A stretch of 64,000 nucleotides of DNA from an uncultured Actinomycetota bacterium (GTDB lineage Bacteria; Actinomycetota; Actinomycetes; JACCUZ01), in assembly GCA_963705885.1 (NCBI GenBank), contig OY970120.1, forward strand, positions 3,497,676 to 3,561,675, in the 5' to 3' direction. How positions within the stretch are numbered: position 1 is the stretch's first letter; each line of letters opens with the position of its first letter. The notes below the pieces were generated by a model that had not been told where the DNA came from, made no database searches, and was given only the letters and a program-made list of their open reading frames with translations. The position numbers and the translations under genes are program-made. This document shows positions 19,876-29,702 of the stretch, piece after piece.

Positions 19876-21258
19876 TCAGCCGACGTCGAGCGCGTGGAGG
19901 TCCTCCACCGTCTCCCGGCGGACCAGGACCCGGGAGCCCTGCTCGCTCACCCCGACGACCGGTGGCCGCGGCACGTGGTTGTAGGTCGAGGCCATCGACC
20001 GGCAGTAGGCGCCGGTCGCCGCGACGGCGAGCAGGTCGCCGGGCGCCAGGTCTGCGGGGAGCCAGGCGTCCTTGACCACGACGTCGCCGCTCTCGCAGTG
20101 CTTGCCGACCACCCGGGCGAGCATCGGCGGCGCGTCGGACGACCGGGACGCGAGGGCCACGGTGTAGTCCGCGTCGTAGAGCGCGGTCCTGATGTTGTCG
20201 CTCATGCCGCCGTCGACCGACACGAAGGTCCGCAGCCCCTCGACCGGCTTGACGGTGCCCACCTCGTAGACCGTCACGGTCCCGGGTCCGACGATGCCGC
20301 GCCCGGGCTCGACGGCGAGCAAGGGCACCGGGAGGCCGTACGCCGCGCACTCGCGCTCGACGATGGCGATGATCGACCGGCCCATCTCGAGGACGTCGGC
20401 CGGGTCGTCGGCACTCGTGTAGGCGATGCCGAGGCCACCTCCCAGGTTGAGCTCGGGGAGCACGGCCCCCAGCTCGTCGCGCACCTGGGCGAGCAGTCCG
20501 ACGACACGGTGGGCTGCGACCTCGAAGCCACCCGCGTCGAAGATCTGCGAGCCGATGTGCGAGTGGAGCCCGACGAGCTCGAGCCCTGGCGCCGCCAGCA
20601 CCCGGCGCACTGCGTCCAGGGCGTCGCCTCCGGCGAGTGAGAAGCCGAACTTCTGGTCCTCGTGCGCGGTCGCGATGAACTCGTGCGTGTGCGCCTCCAC
20701 GCCGACCGTGGCCCGGACGAGGACGCGCTGGGTGATGCCGCGGGCCGTGCACAGGGCGGACAGGCGCTCGACCTCGTCGAGCGAGTCGACCACGACGCGT
20801 CCGACCCCCGCGTCGAGGGCGGCCTCCAGCTCGGCCACCGACTTGTTGTTGCCGTGCAGCAGCAGCCGGTCACCGGGGAAGCCGGCGCGGACGGCGACCG
20901 CCAGCTCTCCTCCCGTGCAGACGTCGAGGCCGAGCCCCTCCTCCTCGACCCACCGCGCGAGCCTCGTGCAGAGGAACGCTTTGGCCGCGTAGAACACCGA
21001 GGCCCGGCCGAAGGCCTCGCGGTAGTCGCGGCAGCGGCGCCGCAGGTCGGCCTCGTCGAGCAGGAAGACCGGCGAACCGTGCTCGGCCACCAGCGCCCGC
21101 ACGTCGTGGCCGCGCAGCAGCAGGTGCCCGGCGTCCGAGCGCTCAGCGCCGAGCGGCCACACGGCCGGGTCGAGCGCGCCGAGGTCGGCAGGGGGGCCTG
21201 CGTGCGAGGCCTCGTGGGCGAGCTCGCCGGACCGGGGACCGGCCGGGTGGACGCGCAC
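19876..21258 (-). CDS. lysA: diaminopimelate decarboxylase
   Basis: PLP fold-III decarboxylase (FYAAKAF...[10 protein letters not shown]...EPGRGIVGP...CESGDVV). GTG start (VRVHPAGP) chosen by homology. Confidence 0.85.
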   Translation of the reverse strand: MRVHPAGPRSGELAHEASHAGPPADLGALDPAVWPLGAERSDAGHLLLRGHDVRALVAEHGSPVFLLDEADLRRRCRDYREAFGRASVFYAAKAFLCTRLARWVEEEGLGLDVCTGGELAVAVRAGFPGDRLLLHGNNKSVAELEAALDAGVGRVVVDSLDEVERLSALCTARGITQRVLVRATVGVEAHTHEFIATAHEDQKFGFSLAGGDALDAVRRVLAAPGLELVGLHSHIGSQIFDAGGFEVAAHRVVGLLAQVRDELGAVLPELNLGGGLGIAYTSADDPADVLEMGRSIIAIVERECAAYGLPVPLLAVEPGRGIVGPGTVTVYEVGTVKPVEGLRTFVSVDGGMSDNIRTALYDADYTVALASRSSDAPPMLARVVGKHCESGDVVVKDAWLPADLAPGDLLAVAATGAYCRSMASTYNHVPRPPVVGVSEQGSRVLVRRETVEDLHALDVG

Positions 21259-21265
21259 CGCGCCG

Positions 21266-22918
21266 CTACATCCGCTCGGGCGCGGCGACGCCCAGCAGGC
21301 CCAGGCCGTTCGCCAGGACCACCCTGGTGGCCTCGACCAGCCACAGCCGCGCCCGGTGCAGGTCGGTGAGCTCCTCGTCGCCGCGCGGCAGCACCCGGCA
21401 GACGTCGTAGAAGCGGTGGTAGGTGCCCGCGAGCTCCTCGAGGTAGCGCGCCACGCGGTGCGGCTCGCGCAGCTCGGCCGCGGTCGCAACGACCCGCGGG
21501 TACTCGCCGAGCGCCCCTAGCAGCGCGCCCTCCCGGTCGTGGTCGAGCAGCTCCGGGTGGAGGTCGCCCCTGTCGATGTCCAGCTCGGCGGCGTTGCGCA
21601 GCAGGCTCGAGACCCGGGCGTGCGCGTACTGCACGTAGTAGACGGGGTTGTCGTTGGTGTGGCGCGCCCACAGGTCGAGGTCGAGGTCGATCGGCGAGTC
21701 GGTGGAGTAGCGCGCCAGGGCGTAGCGCGCGGCGTCGATGCCGATGGCGTCGACCATGTCGTCGAGCATGACGACGGTGCCGGCCCGCTTGCTCATGCGC
21801 ACCGGCTCGCCCTCGCGCACGAGGTTGACCATCTGCCCGATGAGCACCTCGAGCGTCTGGTCGGGGTCGTCGCCGAAGCAGGAGACCATCGCGCGGAGCC
21901 GGTTGACGTAGCCGTGGTGGTCGGCGCCCAGCATGATCACGACCTTGTCGAAGCCGCGCAGCCGCTTGTCGAGGTAGTAGGCGCAGTCGGCGAGGAAGTA
22001 GGTCGGTTCCCCGTTGCCACGGACGAGGACCCGGTCGCGGTCGTCGCCGGCGTCGGTCGTCCGGAGCCAGGTCGCGCCCTCCTGCTCGTAGGTGTGGCCC
22101 TGGTCGCGCAGCCGCGTCAGCGCCTCGTCGAGCTCGTTCTTGGTGTGCAGGTCCTTCTCGTTGAAGTAGACGTCGAAGCCGACCCCGAACTCCGTGAGCG
22201 AGGTCTTGATCTCGGAGAACATCAGGTCCACGCCCTCGACCCGGAAGCACTCCTGGGCCTCGGCGTCGGGCAGGGTCAGCACGTCGCTGCGGATCTTCAC
22301 GACTGCCTTCGCGATCTCGTCGACGTAGGCCCCGGCGTAGCCGTCCTCGGGCGTCGGCTCGCCCCGCGCCGCGGCGAGCAGCGAGCGGGCGAACCGGTCG
22401 ATCTGCGACCCGGCGTCGTTGAAGTAGTACTCGGTCGTCACGGCGGCGCCGCTGGCCGTGAGGAGCCGGGCGAGGGCGTCGCCGACGGCGGCCCACCGGA
22501 CGGCGCCGATGTGCACCGGGCCCGTGGGGTTCGCCGAGACGAACTCGAGGTTCACCTTCTGCCCGGACAGCAGCGTGTTGTGGCCGTACGACTCGCCGGC
22601 GTCCACGACCGTCCGGGCCAGCTCGCCCTGAGCGGCGGAGTCGAGCGTGATGTTGAGGAATCCCGGGCCCGCGACATCGACCTCGGCGATGCCCTCCGCG
22701 TCGCGCAGCCGGAGCGCGACGGCCTCCGCCACCTCGCGGGGCGGCCGCCCGGCGGGCTTGGCCAGCTGCAGCGCGACCGAGGTCGCGTAGTCACCGTGCT
22801 CCTTGACCTTGGGCCGCTCCACCCGCACCTCGTCGGGCACGGCGACGCTGAGGTCGCCCGAGTCGACGGCCGACTGCACGGCCGCCCGGACTGCGGAGGA
22901 GAGATCGGCCGGGGTCAC
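21266..22918 (-). CDS. argS: arginine--tRNA ligase
   Basis: 550 aa; HIGAVRW (HIGH-like) and MSKRAGTVV (KMSK) class-I motifs. Confidence 0.9.
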   Translation of the reverse strand: MTPADLSSAVRAAVQSAVDSGDLSVAVPDEVRVERPKVKEHGDYATSVALQLAKPAGRPPREVAEAVALRLRDAEGIAEVDVAGPGFLNITLDSAAQGELARTVVDAGESYGHNTLLSGQKVNLEFVSANPTGPVHIGAVRWAAVGDALARLLTASGAAVTTEYYFNDAGSQIDRFARSLLAAARGEPTPEDGYAGAYVDEIAKAVVKIRSDVLTLPDAEAQECFRVEGVDLMFSEIKTSLTEFGVGFDVYFNEKDLHTKNELDEALTRLRDQGHTYEQEGATWLRTTDAGDDRDRVLVRGNGEPTYFLADCAYYLDKRLRGFDKVVIMLGADHHGYVNRLRAMVSCFGDDPDQTLEVLIGQMVNLVREGEPVRMSKRAGTVVMLDDMVDAIGIDAARYALARYSTDSPIDLDLDLWARHTNDNPVYYVQYAHARVSSLLRNAAELDIDRGDLHPELLDHDREGALLGALGEYPRVVATAAELREPHRVARYLEELAGTYHRFYDVCRVLPRGDEELTDLHRARLWLVEATRVVLANGLGLLGVAAPERM

Positions 22919-22940
22919 CTCGCCAGGCTATCGAGGCTGG

Positions 22941-23327
22941 TCAGCAGGCCGGTTGCTCGACCAGGTCGCGGACCGTGCGCACCAGGGTCGCGGGGTCGAA
23001 CGGCTTGGTGACGTAGGCGTCGACGCCCACGTCCTTGCCGCGCTGCACGTCGGCCTCCTGCGCGCAGGCCGTCACCATGGCGACCTTCAGGTGCTTCGTC
23101 CGGGGGTCGGCGCGCAGCTGCGCCACCGTCTCGAAGCCGTCCAGCCGCGGCATCCTGACGTCGATCGTGATGACGTCCGGCGCGGTCTCGACGACCTTGT
23201 CCAGCGCGTCGCGGCCGTCCACCGCGGTGACGACCTCGAAGCCTTCGAGCTCGAGGTTCACCGAGATGAGACTGCGGATGACGTCGCTGTCGTCGACCAC
23301 CAGGACCCGCCCGAGAGTGCCACCCAC
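22941..23327 (-). CDS. single-domain response regulator (CheY-like receiver only)
   Basis: 128 aa; VLVVDDSDVIRSL...ITIDVRMPRLDGFE...KPF are receiver-domain motifs; no output domain. Confidence 0.75.
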   Translation of the reverse strand: MGGTLGRVLVVDDSDVIRSLISVNLELEGFEVVTAVDGRDALDKVVETAPDVITIDVRMPRLDGFETVAQLRADPRTKHLKVAMVTACAQEADVQRGKDVGVDAYVTKPFDPATLVRTVRDLVEQPAC

Positions 23328-23398
23328 GGGCCGAGGCTACGGGGCGAACCGGCGGCGCGAAGGGCGTTCGACCGGCTGATAACCTCGGCTTTGCCCGG

Positions 23399-23471
23399 GC
23401 CCCCGTAGCTCAGGGGATAGAGCACCGCCCTCCGGAGGCGGTGGCGTAGGTTCGAATCCTACCGGGGGCGC
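23399..23471 (+). tRNA. tRNA-Arg (anticodon CCG)
   Basis: GCCCCCG acceptor stem, GTAGCTCAGGGGATAGAGCA D-arm, anticodon loop CTCCGGA (CCG), T-arm GGTTCGAATCC, 3' CGGGGGC; cloverleaf folds by eye. Confidence 0.8.
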
Positions 23472-23482
23472 CCCTGCGTACG

Positions 23483-24148
23483 GTGACCTCCGTGATCCGC
23501 CCCCTGGTCGCCCGTCTCTGGTTCGGCGCGACCGCGCTGGTCGTCGCGACGGGCGTCGTCGTGCAGGTCGTCGCCACCGCCCGGCTGGACCGTGGCTACT
23601 TCGACTCCGACGCGAGCCGGGTGGCGAACGTCTTCTGCTACTTCACGGTGCAGTCGAACCTCATCGTGATGGTGACCTGCGCGCTGCTCGCCGTACGGGT
23701 CCGCCGGACGCCGACCTGGCTGCGGGTGCTGCGCCTCGACGGTGTGGTGTGCATCGCGGTGACGTTCGCCGTCTTCCACCTCGCGCTGTCGTCGCTGCAA
23801 GACCTGGAGGGCCTTGCGCGGCTGGCCGACTTCCTGCTGCACACCGCGTCTCCCGTGCTGTGCGTGCTCGGCTGGCTGCTGTTCGGGCCGCGGGGGAAGA
23901 CGTCGTGGCGCGTCGTCGGGCTGTCGGTGGCGTTCCCGCTGCTGTGGCTCGCCTTCGCCCTGGTGCGCGGCCCGCTGGTCGGCGGCTTCTATCCCTACCC
24001 GTTCCTCGACGTGAGCGACCTCGGCTACCCGCGCGTGCTGCTCAACGCGACTGCCGTGGCCGCGCTGTTCCTCGCTCTCGCCGCCGGCGCCCACCTGCTC
24101 GACGTGCGGCTCGACACCGGACTGCGCGCGCGGTTCCGCAGACGCTGA
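23483..24148 (+). CDS. Pr6Pr-family integral membrane protein
   Basis: 221 aa with 6 predicted TM helices; FCYFTVQSNLIVMVTCALL matches the Pr6Pr/FAR-17a-like family. Confidence 0.5.
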   Translation: MTSVIRPLVARLWFGATALVVATGVVVQVVATARLDRGYFDSDASRVANVFCYFTVQSNLIVMVTCALLAVRVRRTPTWLRVLRLDGVVCIAVTFAVFHLALSSLQDLEGLARLADFLLHTASPVLCVLGWLLFGPRGKTSWRVVGLSVAFPLLWLAFALVRGPLVGGFYPYPFLDVSDLGYPRVLLNATAVAALFLALAAGAHLLDVRLDTGLRARFRRR

Positions 24149-24306
24149 GCCAGGTGCGGGCCCGCGACGGCAGCGGCCGGCGTGGAGACGCTGGCCGTGC
24201 CAGTTCCATGATCGGAGCCCGACCGTCGTGAGAGCGACCGGGCTCCGGCTCCATTCGACGTCGACCGACTGCCGAACGCGTCCGTGCGAACCTCCTCCAC
24301 CCGCCC

Positions 24307-24430
24307 GCCACAACCACTCATGCATGATCACCGGCGGTGGGAGGGGGCGCTGACCTGCAGGAACCCACGGCCGCAACCACTCGTGCATGATCACCGAGGA
24401 GAAGGGGGGAACGGGACGGCGATCGATGCC
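24307..24430. repeat. imperfect 62-nt tandem duplication containing the palindrome TCATGCATGA and a TGATCACC core, between convergent genes
   Basis: Unit 1 (24307-24368) GCCACAACCACTCATGCATGATCACCGGCGGTGGGAGGGGGCGC... versus unit 2 (24369-24430) GCCGCAACCACTCGTGCATGATCACCGAGGAGAAGGGGGGAAC... Confidence 0.5.
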
Positions 24431-24467
24431 AGGTCGCTGCCCGAGCGCGCGGGCTCCGGCGAACCGG

Positions 24468-25367
24468 TCAGGCGCGCAGGGCCGACGCCAGCCGCGCGAT
24501 GTCCTCCGACCCGACCCGGCAGCACCCACCGACGAAGCGCGCCCCGCGCGCGACCCACTCCTCCGCGGCGACCGGGTCGACGCCGGCGCCGTCACCGCCC
24601 CACGTCCGCGCCGCACCGTCCCAGCTCTCCCCGCTGTTCGGGTAGGCGACGGCGGGCTTCCCGCTCCTCTCCACGGCTGCGGACACAAGGTCGGCCACGT
24701 GCTCCGGCGCGGTGCAGTTCACGCCCACCGCGACCACGGCGTCGACCTCGCGCGCGAGCGAGAACACCCGGCCGGCGTCCTCGCCCCGGCGGGTGTGCGA
24801 GCGGTCGGCGCACGTCAGCGACAGCCACGCCCGGGTCCCGGCGGGCAGTGCCGACAGCAGGCCCAGGAGCACCGTCGCCTCCTGCTCGGACGGGATCGTC
24901 TCGACAGCCAGCAGGTCGGCGCCGGCGTCGGCGAGCACGTCCAGACGCCGGGCGTGGAAGTCGCGGAGGAACGCGTCCGTCACCCCGTAGTCACCGTGGT
25001 ACTCGGACCCGTCGGCCACCACGGCGCCGTAGGGGCCGACCGAGACGGCCACCTCGCGGCGTACGCCGTCGGTCGCCTCCGCCTCGTCCGCCGCCGACCG
25101 AGCGAGCGAGACGCTCGACCTCATGAGCGCCTCCGCCTGCGCCGCGGAGACGCCGGCCGCGGCATAGCCCTCGAAGCTCGCCTGGTAGCTCGCGGTCGTC
25201 GCCACCTGTGCCCCCGCCCGGAAGAAGGCGAGGTGCGTGTCCCGCACGGCCTGCGGGTCGTCGCGCAGCAACCGCGCCGACCAGAGGTCGTCGGAGAGGT
25301 CGTGGCCGCGCCGTTCGAGCTCGGTCGCCAGCCCGCCGTCGAGCAACGTCACCGGCACCGGAGGCAT
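24468..25367 (-). CDS. mmuM: homocysteine S-methyltransferase
   Basis: MPPVPVTLLDGGLATELERRG...GVNCTAPEHV...FVGGCCRVGSEDI are Zn-binding Cys motifs of the HMT family. ATG at 25367 preferred over the upstream GTG. Confidence 0.8.
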   Translation of the reverse strand: MPPVPVTLLDGGLATELERRGHDLSDDLWSARLLRDDPQAVRDTHLAFFRAGAQVATTASYQASFEGYAAAGVSAAQAEALMRSSVSLARSAADEAEATDGVRREVAVSVGPYGAVVADGSEYHGDYGVTDAFLRDFHARRLDVLADAGADLLAVETIPSEQEATVLLGLLSALPAGTRAWLSLTCADRSHTRRGEDAGRVFSLAREVDAVVAVGVNCTAPEHVADLVSAAVERSGKPAVAYPNSGESWDGAARTWGGDGAGVDPVAAEEWVARGARFVGGCCRVGSEDIARLASALRA

Positions 25368-25405
25368 GAGAACTGTGTACCCCACCGGCGGCTAGGGTCG
25401 CGGGC

Positions 25406-27103
25406 ATGACCACAGCGGCGGACCTCGTCACCCGGCACCAGGAGACCCTGCAGCGCGCGCTCACCGCGATCCGGGAGCGCACCTACTGGTCGGCCTACCC
25501 CGAGAACCTCAAGGCGTACGGCGAGGAGGGCACCCAGTCGGCCGCCGCCGGCAAGGAGGCCTTCGACGCCTACCTCGGCAAGCCGTTCCCGCTGCAGCAG
25601 GCCGGCACGGACGGCGAGGTCACCGGCGAGCGCTCGCCCTACGGCATCGACCTCGGCGTGACCTACCCCCACGCCGACCCCGACCGCCTGCTCGCGGCCG
25701 CCCGGAACGCGATCGCCGACTGGCGCGACGCCGGCCCCGACACCCGCGCGGGCGTCGTCCTCGAGGTGCTGCACCGCATCAACGCGCGCAGCCACGAGCT
25801 GGCGCAGGCCGTCATGCACACCTCGGGGCAGGGCTACGCCATGGCCTTCCAGGCCGGCGGGCCGCACGCGCAGGACCGCGCGCTGGAGGCGGTCGCCTAC
25901 TCGTACGCAGAGATGACCCGTCATGCCGGCGAGGCCGTCTGGGAGAAGCCGCAGGGCAAGCGCCCGCCGCAGCGGATGACGAAGAAGTTCACCGTCGTGC
26001 CCCGCGGCGTCGCCCTGGTGATCGGCTGCAACACGTTCCCGACGTGGAACTCCTACCCCGGCCTCTTCGCCAGCCTCGTCACCGGCAACGCCGTCGTCGT
26101 GAAGCCGCACCCGGGCGCGGTGCTGCCACTGGCCATCACGGTGGCGATCGCCCGCGAGGTGCTGACCGAGGCGGGCTTCGACGCCGACCTCGTCACGCTC
26201 GCCGCCGAGGGCCCGGGCGAGGGGCTCGCGAAGACCCTCGCCCTGCGACCCGAGGTGAAGGTCATCGACTACACGGGGTCGACCCCGTTCGGCACCTGGC
26301 TCGAGCAGAACGCCCACCAGGCCGCCGTGTTCACCGAGAAGGCAGGCGTCAACGTCGTCGTCGTCGACTCGACCGACGACTACAAGGGGATGCTCGCCAA
26401 CCTCGCCTTCTCGCTGTCCCTCTACAGCGGCCAGATGTGCACCACCCCGCAGAACCTGCTGGTCCCCCGCGACGGCATCACCGCCGACGGCGGGCACAAG
26501 AGCGTCGAGGAGCTCGCCGCCGACCTGGCCGGCGCCGTCGAGGGACTGCTCGGCGACGACGCCCGGGCGACCGCACTCCTGGGCGCCGTGGTCAACGACG
26601 CGGTCGTCGAGCGGCTGGAGAGCGCGCCCTCGTCCGGGACGGTCCTCCTCGCCTCGCGGTCGATCGCACACCCGGACTTCCCCGAGGCGCGCGTGCGCAC
26701 ACCGACCGTCGTCCGCGTCGACCGCGGCGACGAGGCCGTCTGGGGCCAGGAGTGCTTCGGGCCGGTGTCCTTCCTCGTGACGACGGACAGCACCACCGAC
26801 TCGCTGGCGCTCATGCGCGACTCGGTCGAGCAGCACGGCGCCATCACCGCCGCCGTCTACTCCACCGACGAGAAGGTGCTCGACGCCGCCGAGGAGGCGG
26901 CCGTGGAGTCGGGTGTCGCGCTCTCGTGCAACCTCACCGAGACGGTGTACGTCAACCAGTCGGCCGCCTTCTCCGACTTCCACGCGACCGGCGCGAACCC
27001 GGCTGCGAACTCGGCGCTGACCGACGCGGCGTACGTCGCGAGCCGGTTCCGCATCGTGCAGTCGCGCCGGCACCTCCCGGCTGAGTCCCCGGCACAGCCC
27101 TAG
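25406..27103 (+). CDS. aldehyde dehydrogenase-family protein, PaaN/PaaZ-like (phenylacetate pathway ring-opening ALDH-like)
   Basis: 565 aa, ALDH superfamily with catalytic Cys in SGQMCTTPQNLLV; N-terminal region resembles PaaN. Confidence 0.6.
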   Translation: MTTAADLVTRHQETLQRALTAIRERTYWSAYPENLKAYGEEGTQSAAAGKEAFDAYLGKPFPLQQAGTDGEVTGERSPYGIDLGVTYPHADPDRLLAAARNAIADWRDAGPDTRAGVVLEVLHRINARSHELAQAVMHTSGQGYAMAFQAGGPHAQDRALEAVAYSYAEMTRHAGEAVWEKPQGKRPPQRMTKKFTVVPRGVALVIGCNTFPTWNSYPGLFASLVTGNAVVVKPHPGAVLPLAITVAIAREVLTEAGFDADLVTLAAEGPGEGLAKTLALRPEVKVIDYTGSTPFGTWLEQNAHQAAVFTEKAGVNVVVVDSTDDYKGMLANLAFSLSLYSGQMCTTPQNLLVPRDGITADGGHKSVEELAADLAGAVEGLLGDDARATALLGAVVNDAVVERLESAPSSGTVLLASRSIAHPDFPEARVRTPTVVRVDRGDEAVWGQECFGPVSFLVTTDSTTDSLALMRDSVEQHGAITAAVYSTDEKVLDAAEEAAVESGVALSCNLTETVYVNQSAAFSDFHATGANPAANSALTDAAYVASRFRIVQSRRHLPAESPAQP

Positions 27104-27267
27104 GGCCACACCGGGTCCGTCGCTCCGTCCTTCGCCGGACCGACGGACGTTCGTCATGCGCTCGCAACGTTCTGCGGGCAGGGGCGAGAGAGAAACGCAC
27201 TGCGCGGTTTCCGCCGCCCGTGTGCGGGAACCGGCGCCCCCACGACAACGACCCCGGAGGTACTTCG

Positions 27268-28050
27268 ATGTCTGCACGATCCGTGCAAGCGGTCGACTGG
27301 CAGGGCGGCATTTCCGACGCCTGGACCACGATCGCCACGTTCATCCCCAAGCTGCTGTTCTTCTTCGTCGTCCTGCTCGTGGGCTGGCTGATCGCCAAGG
27401 CGGCCGCCAAGCTCACCGACGGCGTCCTCGAGCGGGTCGGTTTCGACAACGCCGTCGAGCGCGGCGGGATCAAGAAGGCGCTGGCCAAGAGCAAGTACGA
27501 CGCGTCGGACATGGTCGCCAAGCTCGTGAAGTACGCGATCATCCTGCTCACGCTCGTCATCGCGTTCAACGTGTTCGGGCCCAACCCGATCAGCGAGCTG
27601 CTGCAGGACGTCGTGGCGTTCCTGCCGAGGCTGATCGTCGCCATCGTCATCGTCGTGGTGGCCGCGGCCATCGCCAAGGCCGTCAAGGACCTCGTGCAGA
27701 ACATGCTCGGCGGTCTGTCCTACGGCAACGTGCTCGCCAACATCGCGTCGATCTTCATCCTGTTCCTGGGCGTGATCGCCGCGCTCAACCAGGTCGAGGT
27801 CGCCACGACGGTGACCACCCCGGTGCTCATCACGATCCTCGCGACCATCGGCGGCGTGATCGTCGTCGGCGCCGGCGGCGGCCTCATCCGTCCGATGCAG
27901 TCCCGTTGGGAGCAGTGGCTGACCAGCGCCGAGCGCGAGAAGGACACCATCAAGGCGGAGGTCAACCTGCGGAGCTCGCAGCGCGAGCCCGCCGGCGCCC
28001 CCTACGACGGCCGGGCCGGCGACCCGTCCCTGGAAACGCGTCAGCTCTGA
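27268..28050 (+). CDS. conserved membrane protein (mechanosensitive-channel-like TM helices; CmpX-like)
   Basis: ATG at 27268 with GGAGG RBS. Four TM helices and a charged C-terminal tail. Confidence 0.55.
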   Translation: MSARSVQAVDWQGGISDAWTTIATFIPKLLFFFVVLLVGWLIAKAAAKLTDGVLERVGFDNAVERGGIKKALAKSKYDASDMVAKLVKYAIILLTLVIAFNVFGPNPISELLQDVVAFLPRLIVAIVIVVVAAAIAKAVKDLVQNMLGGLSYGNVLANIASIFILFLGVIAALNQVEVATTVTTPVLITILATIGGVIVVGAGGGLIRPMQSRWEQWLTSAEREKDTIKAEVNLRSSQREPAGAPYDGRAGDPSLETRQL

Positions 28051-28086
28051 GCATCCGCACCCACCCCTAGATCAGAAGGGACAGAC

Positions 28087-28536
28087 ATGACCACCATCGA
28101 GCAGTCCGTAGAGGTATCCGTCCCGGTGAGCACCGCCTACAACCAGTGGACGCAGTTCGAGTCGTTCCCCGAGTTCATGGAGGGCGTCGACCGCATCGAG
28201 CAGACCGGCGACACCATGACGCACTGGGTCACCAGCATCGGCGGCGTGTCCCGGGAGTTCGACGCCAAGATCACCGAGCAGCACCCGGACGAGCGCGTCG
28301 CCTGGCGCACGGTCGACGAGCCGCACCAGGCGGGCGTCGTGACGTTCCACCGGCTGTCCGAGGACACCACGAAGGTCATGGTGCAGATGGACTTCGAGCC
28401 GGACGGGCTGGCCGAGCAGGCCGCCGACAAGCTGGGCATCGTGAAGCACCGGGTCAAGGGCGACCTCGACCGGTTCAAGGAGTACATCGAGAGCCGCGGC
28501 ACCGAGACCGGCGGGTGGCGCGGTGACGTGAGCTAG
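28087..28536 (+). CDS. SRPBCC (polyketide cyclase/dehydrase-like) family protein
   Basis: 149 aa; SVPVSTAYNQWTQFESFPEFMEGV matches the SRPBCC/Bet v1-like fold family. Confidence 0.6.
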   Translation: MTTIEQSVEVSVPVSTAYNQWTQFESFPEFMEGVDRIEQTGDTMTHWVTSIGGVSREFDAKITEQHPDERVAWRTVDEPHQAGVVTFHRLSEDTTKVMVQMDFEPDGLAEQAADKLGIVKHRVKGDLDRFKEYIESRGTETGGWRGDVS

Positions 28537-28552
28537 GAGGAGACTCCGCCTC

Positions 28553-29041
28553 ATGGCGGCCGGCAATCGGCGGGACGAGACTCCCGACGAGCAGGCCGAC
28601 CGCCAGTACAGCGAGCTGCTGCAGGAGCTGCGCGTCGCCCAGACCGGCGTGCAGCTCCTGTTCGCGTTCCTCCTGACGCTCGCGTTCACGCGGCGGTTCA
28701 CCCAGATCACCGACGGGCAGAAGTGGCTGTACGTGGCGACGCTGCTCGCGACCGGCGTCGCGGCCGCACTGCTCATCGGGCCGGTGCCCTTCCACCGGCA
28801 CGTGTTCCGCAAGGGACTCAAGCCTCGCCTGGTCTCGGTGACCGACCTGATGGCCCGGGGCGGCCTGGCGATGCTCGTCCTGGCGCTCAACGGGGGTGTG
28901 CTGCTGATCCTCGACGTCGTGCTGGGGCGTCCGGCGTCCTACGTCCTCGCCGCGCTGCTCCTCTCGGTCTTCGTCCTCCTCTGGTACGTCGTCCCGCGCA
29001 GCGTCTCGCTCCAGCCGCCGGAGGACCGACACGGAGTGTGA
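28553..29041 (+). CDS. hypothetical membrane protein
   Basis: 162 aa with 4 predicted TM segments; function not recognised. Confidence 0.4.
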   Translation: MAAGNRRDETPDEQADRQYSELLQELRVAQTGVQLLFAFLLTLAFTRRFTQITDGQKWLYVATLLATGVAAALLIGPVPFHRHVFRKGLKPRLVSVTDLMARGGLAMLVLALNGGVLLILDVVLGRPASYVLAALLLSVFVLLWYVVPRSVSLQPPEDRHGV

Positions 29042-29069
29042 CCGGCGCCAGCGCGGGTAGTCGGCCCAC

Positions 29070-29627
29070 ATGCCCAGCAGCGTCGTCCGGCTCGTCGCGC
29101 TCGACCACGACCGCATGCTGCGGCTGGCCCGGCGTGCCTGCTCCCCCGGTCCGAGCCAGGACCGGTGGCGCGACGAGCTCGTGCAGCTCCTGCGCGCGCA
29201 CGCGGCGGCCGAGGCCGAGGTCCTCGACGCCTCCGGGGTGGCGGAGCGGCTGCGGCCGGTCGACGACGAGGTCGCGACGGTCACCGACGCCCTCGCGTCC
29301 TCGGCGATCGGCGGGCCCGAGATGGGCTCGGCCTGTGAGCGGCTCGAGCGGCTGCTGCGAGTGCATGCCGACCTGCTCGCCGAGCAGGTGCTCGGCCCGC
29401 TCGAGGCGGCGGTCCCCCGCCGGGAGATCCGGCGGCTCGGCGGGGCCTACGAGACCCGCCGAGACGAGGCGCTGCGCGAGGCCGGCACCGACGAGCGCCC
29501 GCCGCGTCGGCTGGACCTTCCCCGGGCCGAGCTCTACGAGCTGGCCCGCCGGGCCGGCATCCAGGGCCGCTCGGCGATGAGCCGACGCGACCTCATCAGC
29601 GAGCTGCAGCGACGCCAGCGGCCGTGA
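29070..29627 (+). CDS. hypothetical protein with C-terminal Rho_N-like (SAP-like) domain
   Basis: C-terminus LYELARRAGIQGRSAMSRRDLISELQRRQ resembles the Rho N-terminal / SAP motif. Confidence 0.4.
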   Translation: MPSSVVRLVALDHDRMLRLARRACSPGPSQDRWRDELVQLLRAHAAAEAEVLDASGVAERLRPVDDEVATVTDALASSAIGGPEMGSACERLERLLRVHADLLAEQVLGPLEAAVPRREIRRLGGAYETRRDEALREAGTDERPPRRLDLPRAELYELARRAGIQGRSAMSRRDLISELQRRQRP

Positions 29628-29702
29628 GCGTCAAGTCGGCCGTGCGGCGAGCCGACGCTAGGTGGGAGACCCGTGTCGGGTGCCCAGCCACGAAGGACGT
29701 CC

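Noticed and set aside
20274-22496. 740-aa ORF overlapping lysA and argS
   Set aside because: Arg-rich off-frame artefact; lysA and argS are complete and conserved in the other frames.
23328-23482. Possible integrative element at tRNA-Arg
   Set aside because: No integrase, direct repeats of the tRNA 3' end, or compositional shift detected on either side; flanking genes are ordinary chromosomal genes.
23459-24688. 409-aa minus-strand ORF and 24284..25126 plus-strand ORF across the tandem-duplication region
   Set aside because: Translated repeats (PQPLMHDHR / VIMHEWL) simply mirror the 62-nt DNA duplication. Both ORFs run antisense through Pr6Pr or mmuM.
25349-27277. 642-aa minus-strand ORF antisense to paaN-like gene; similar long antisense ORFs at 35149..36939, 37544..39736, 42040..43425, 43459..45051, 48178..50373, 48380..50548, 57125..59497, 59728..61737 (N-terminal part)
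   Set aside because: All overlap well-supported genes on the opposite strand or frame and have RGDP-biased low-complexity composition.
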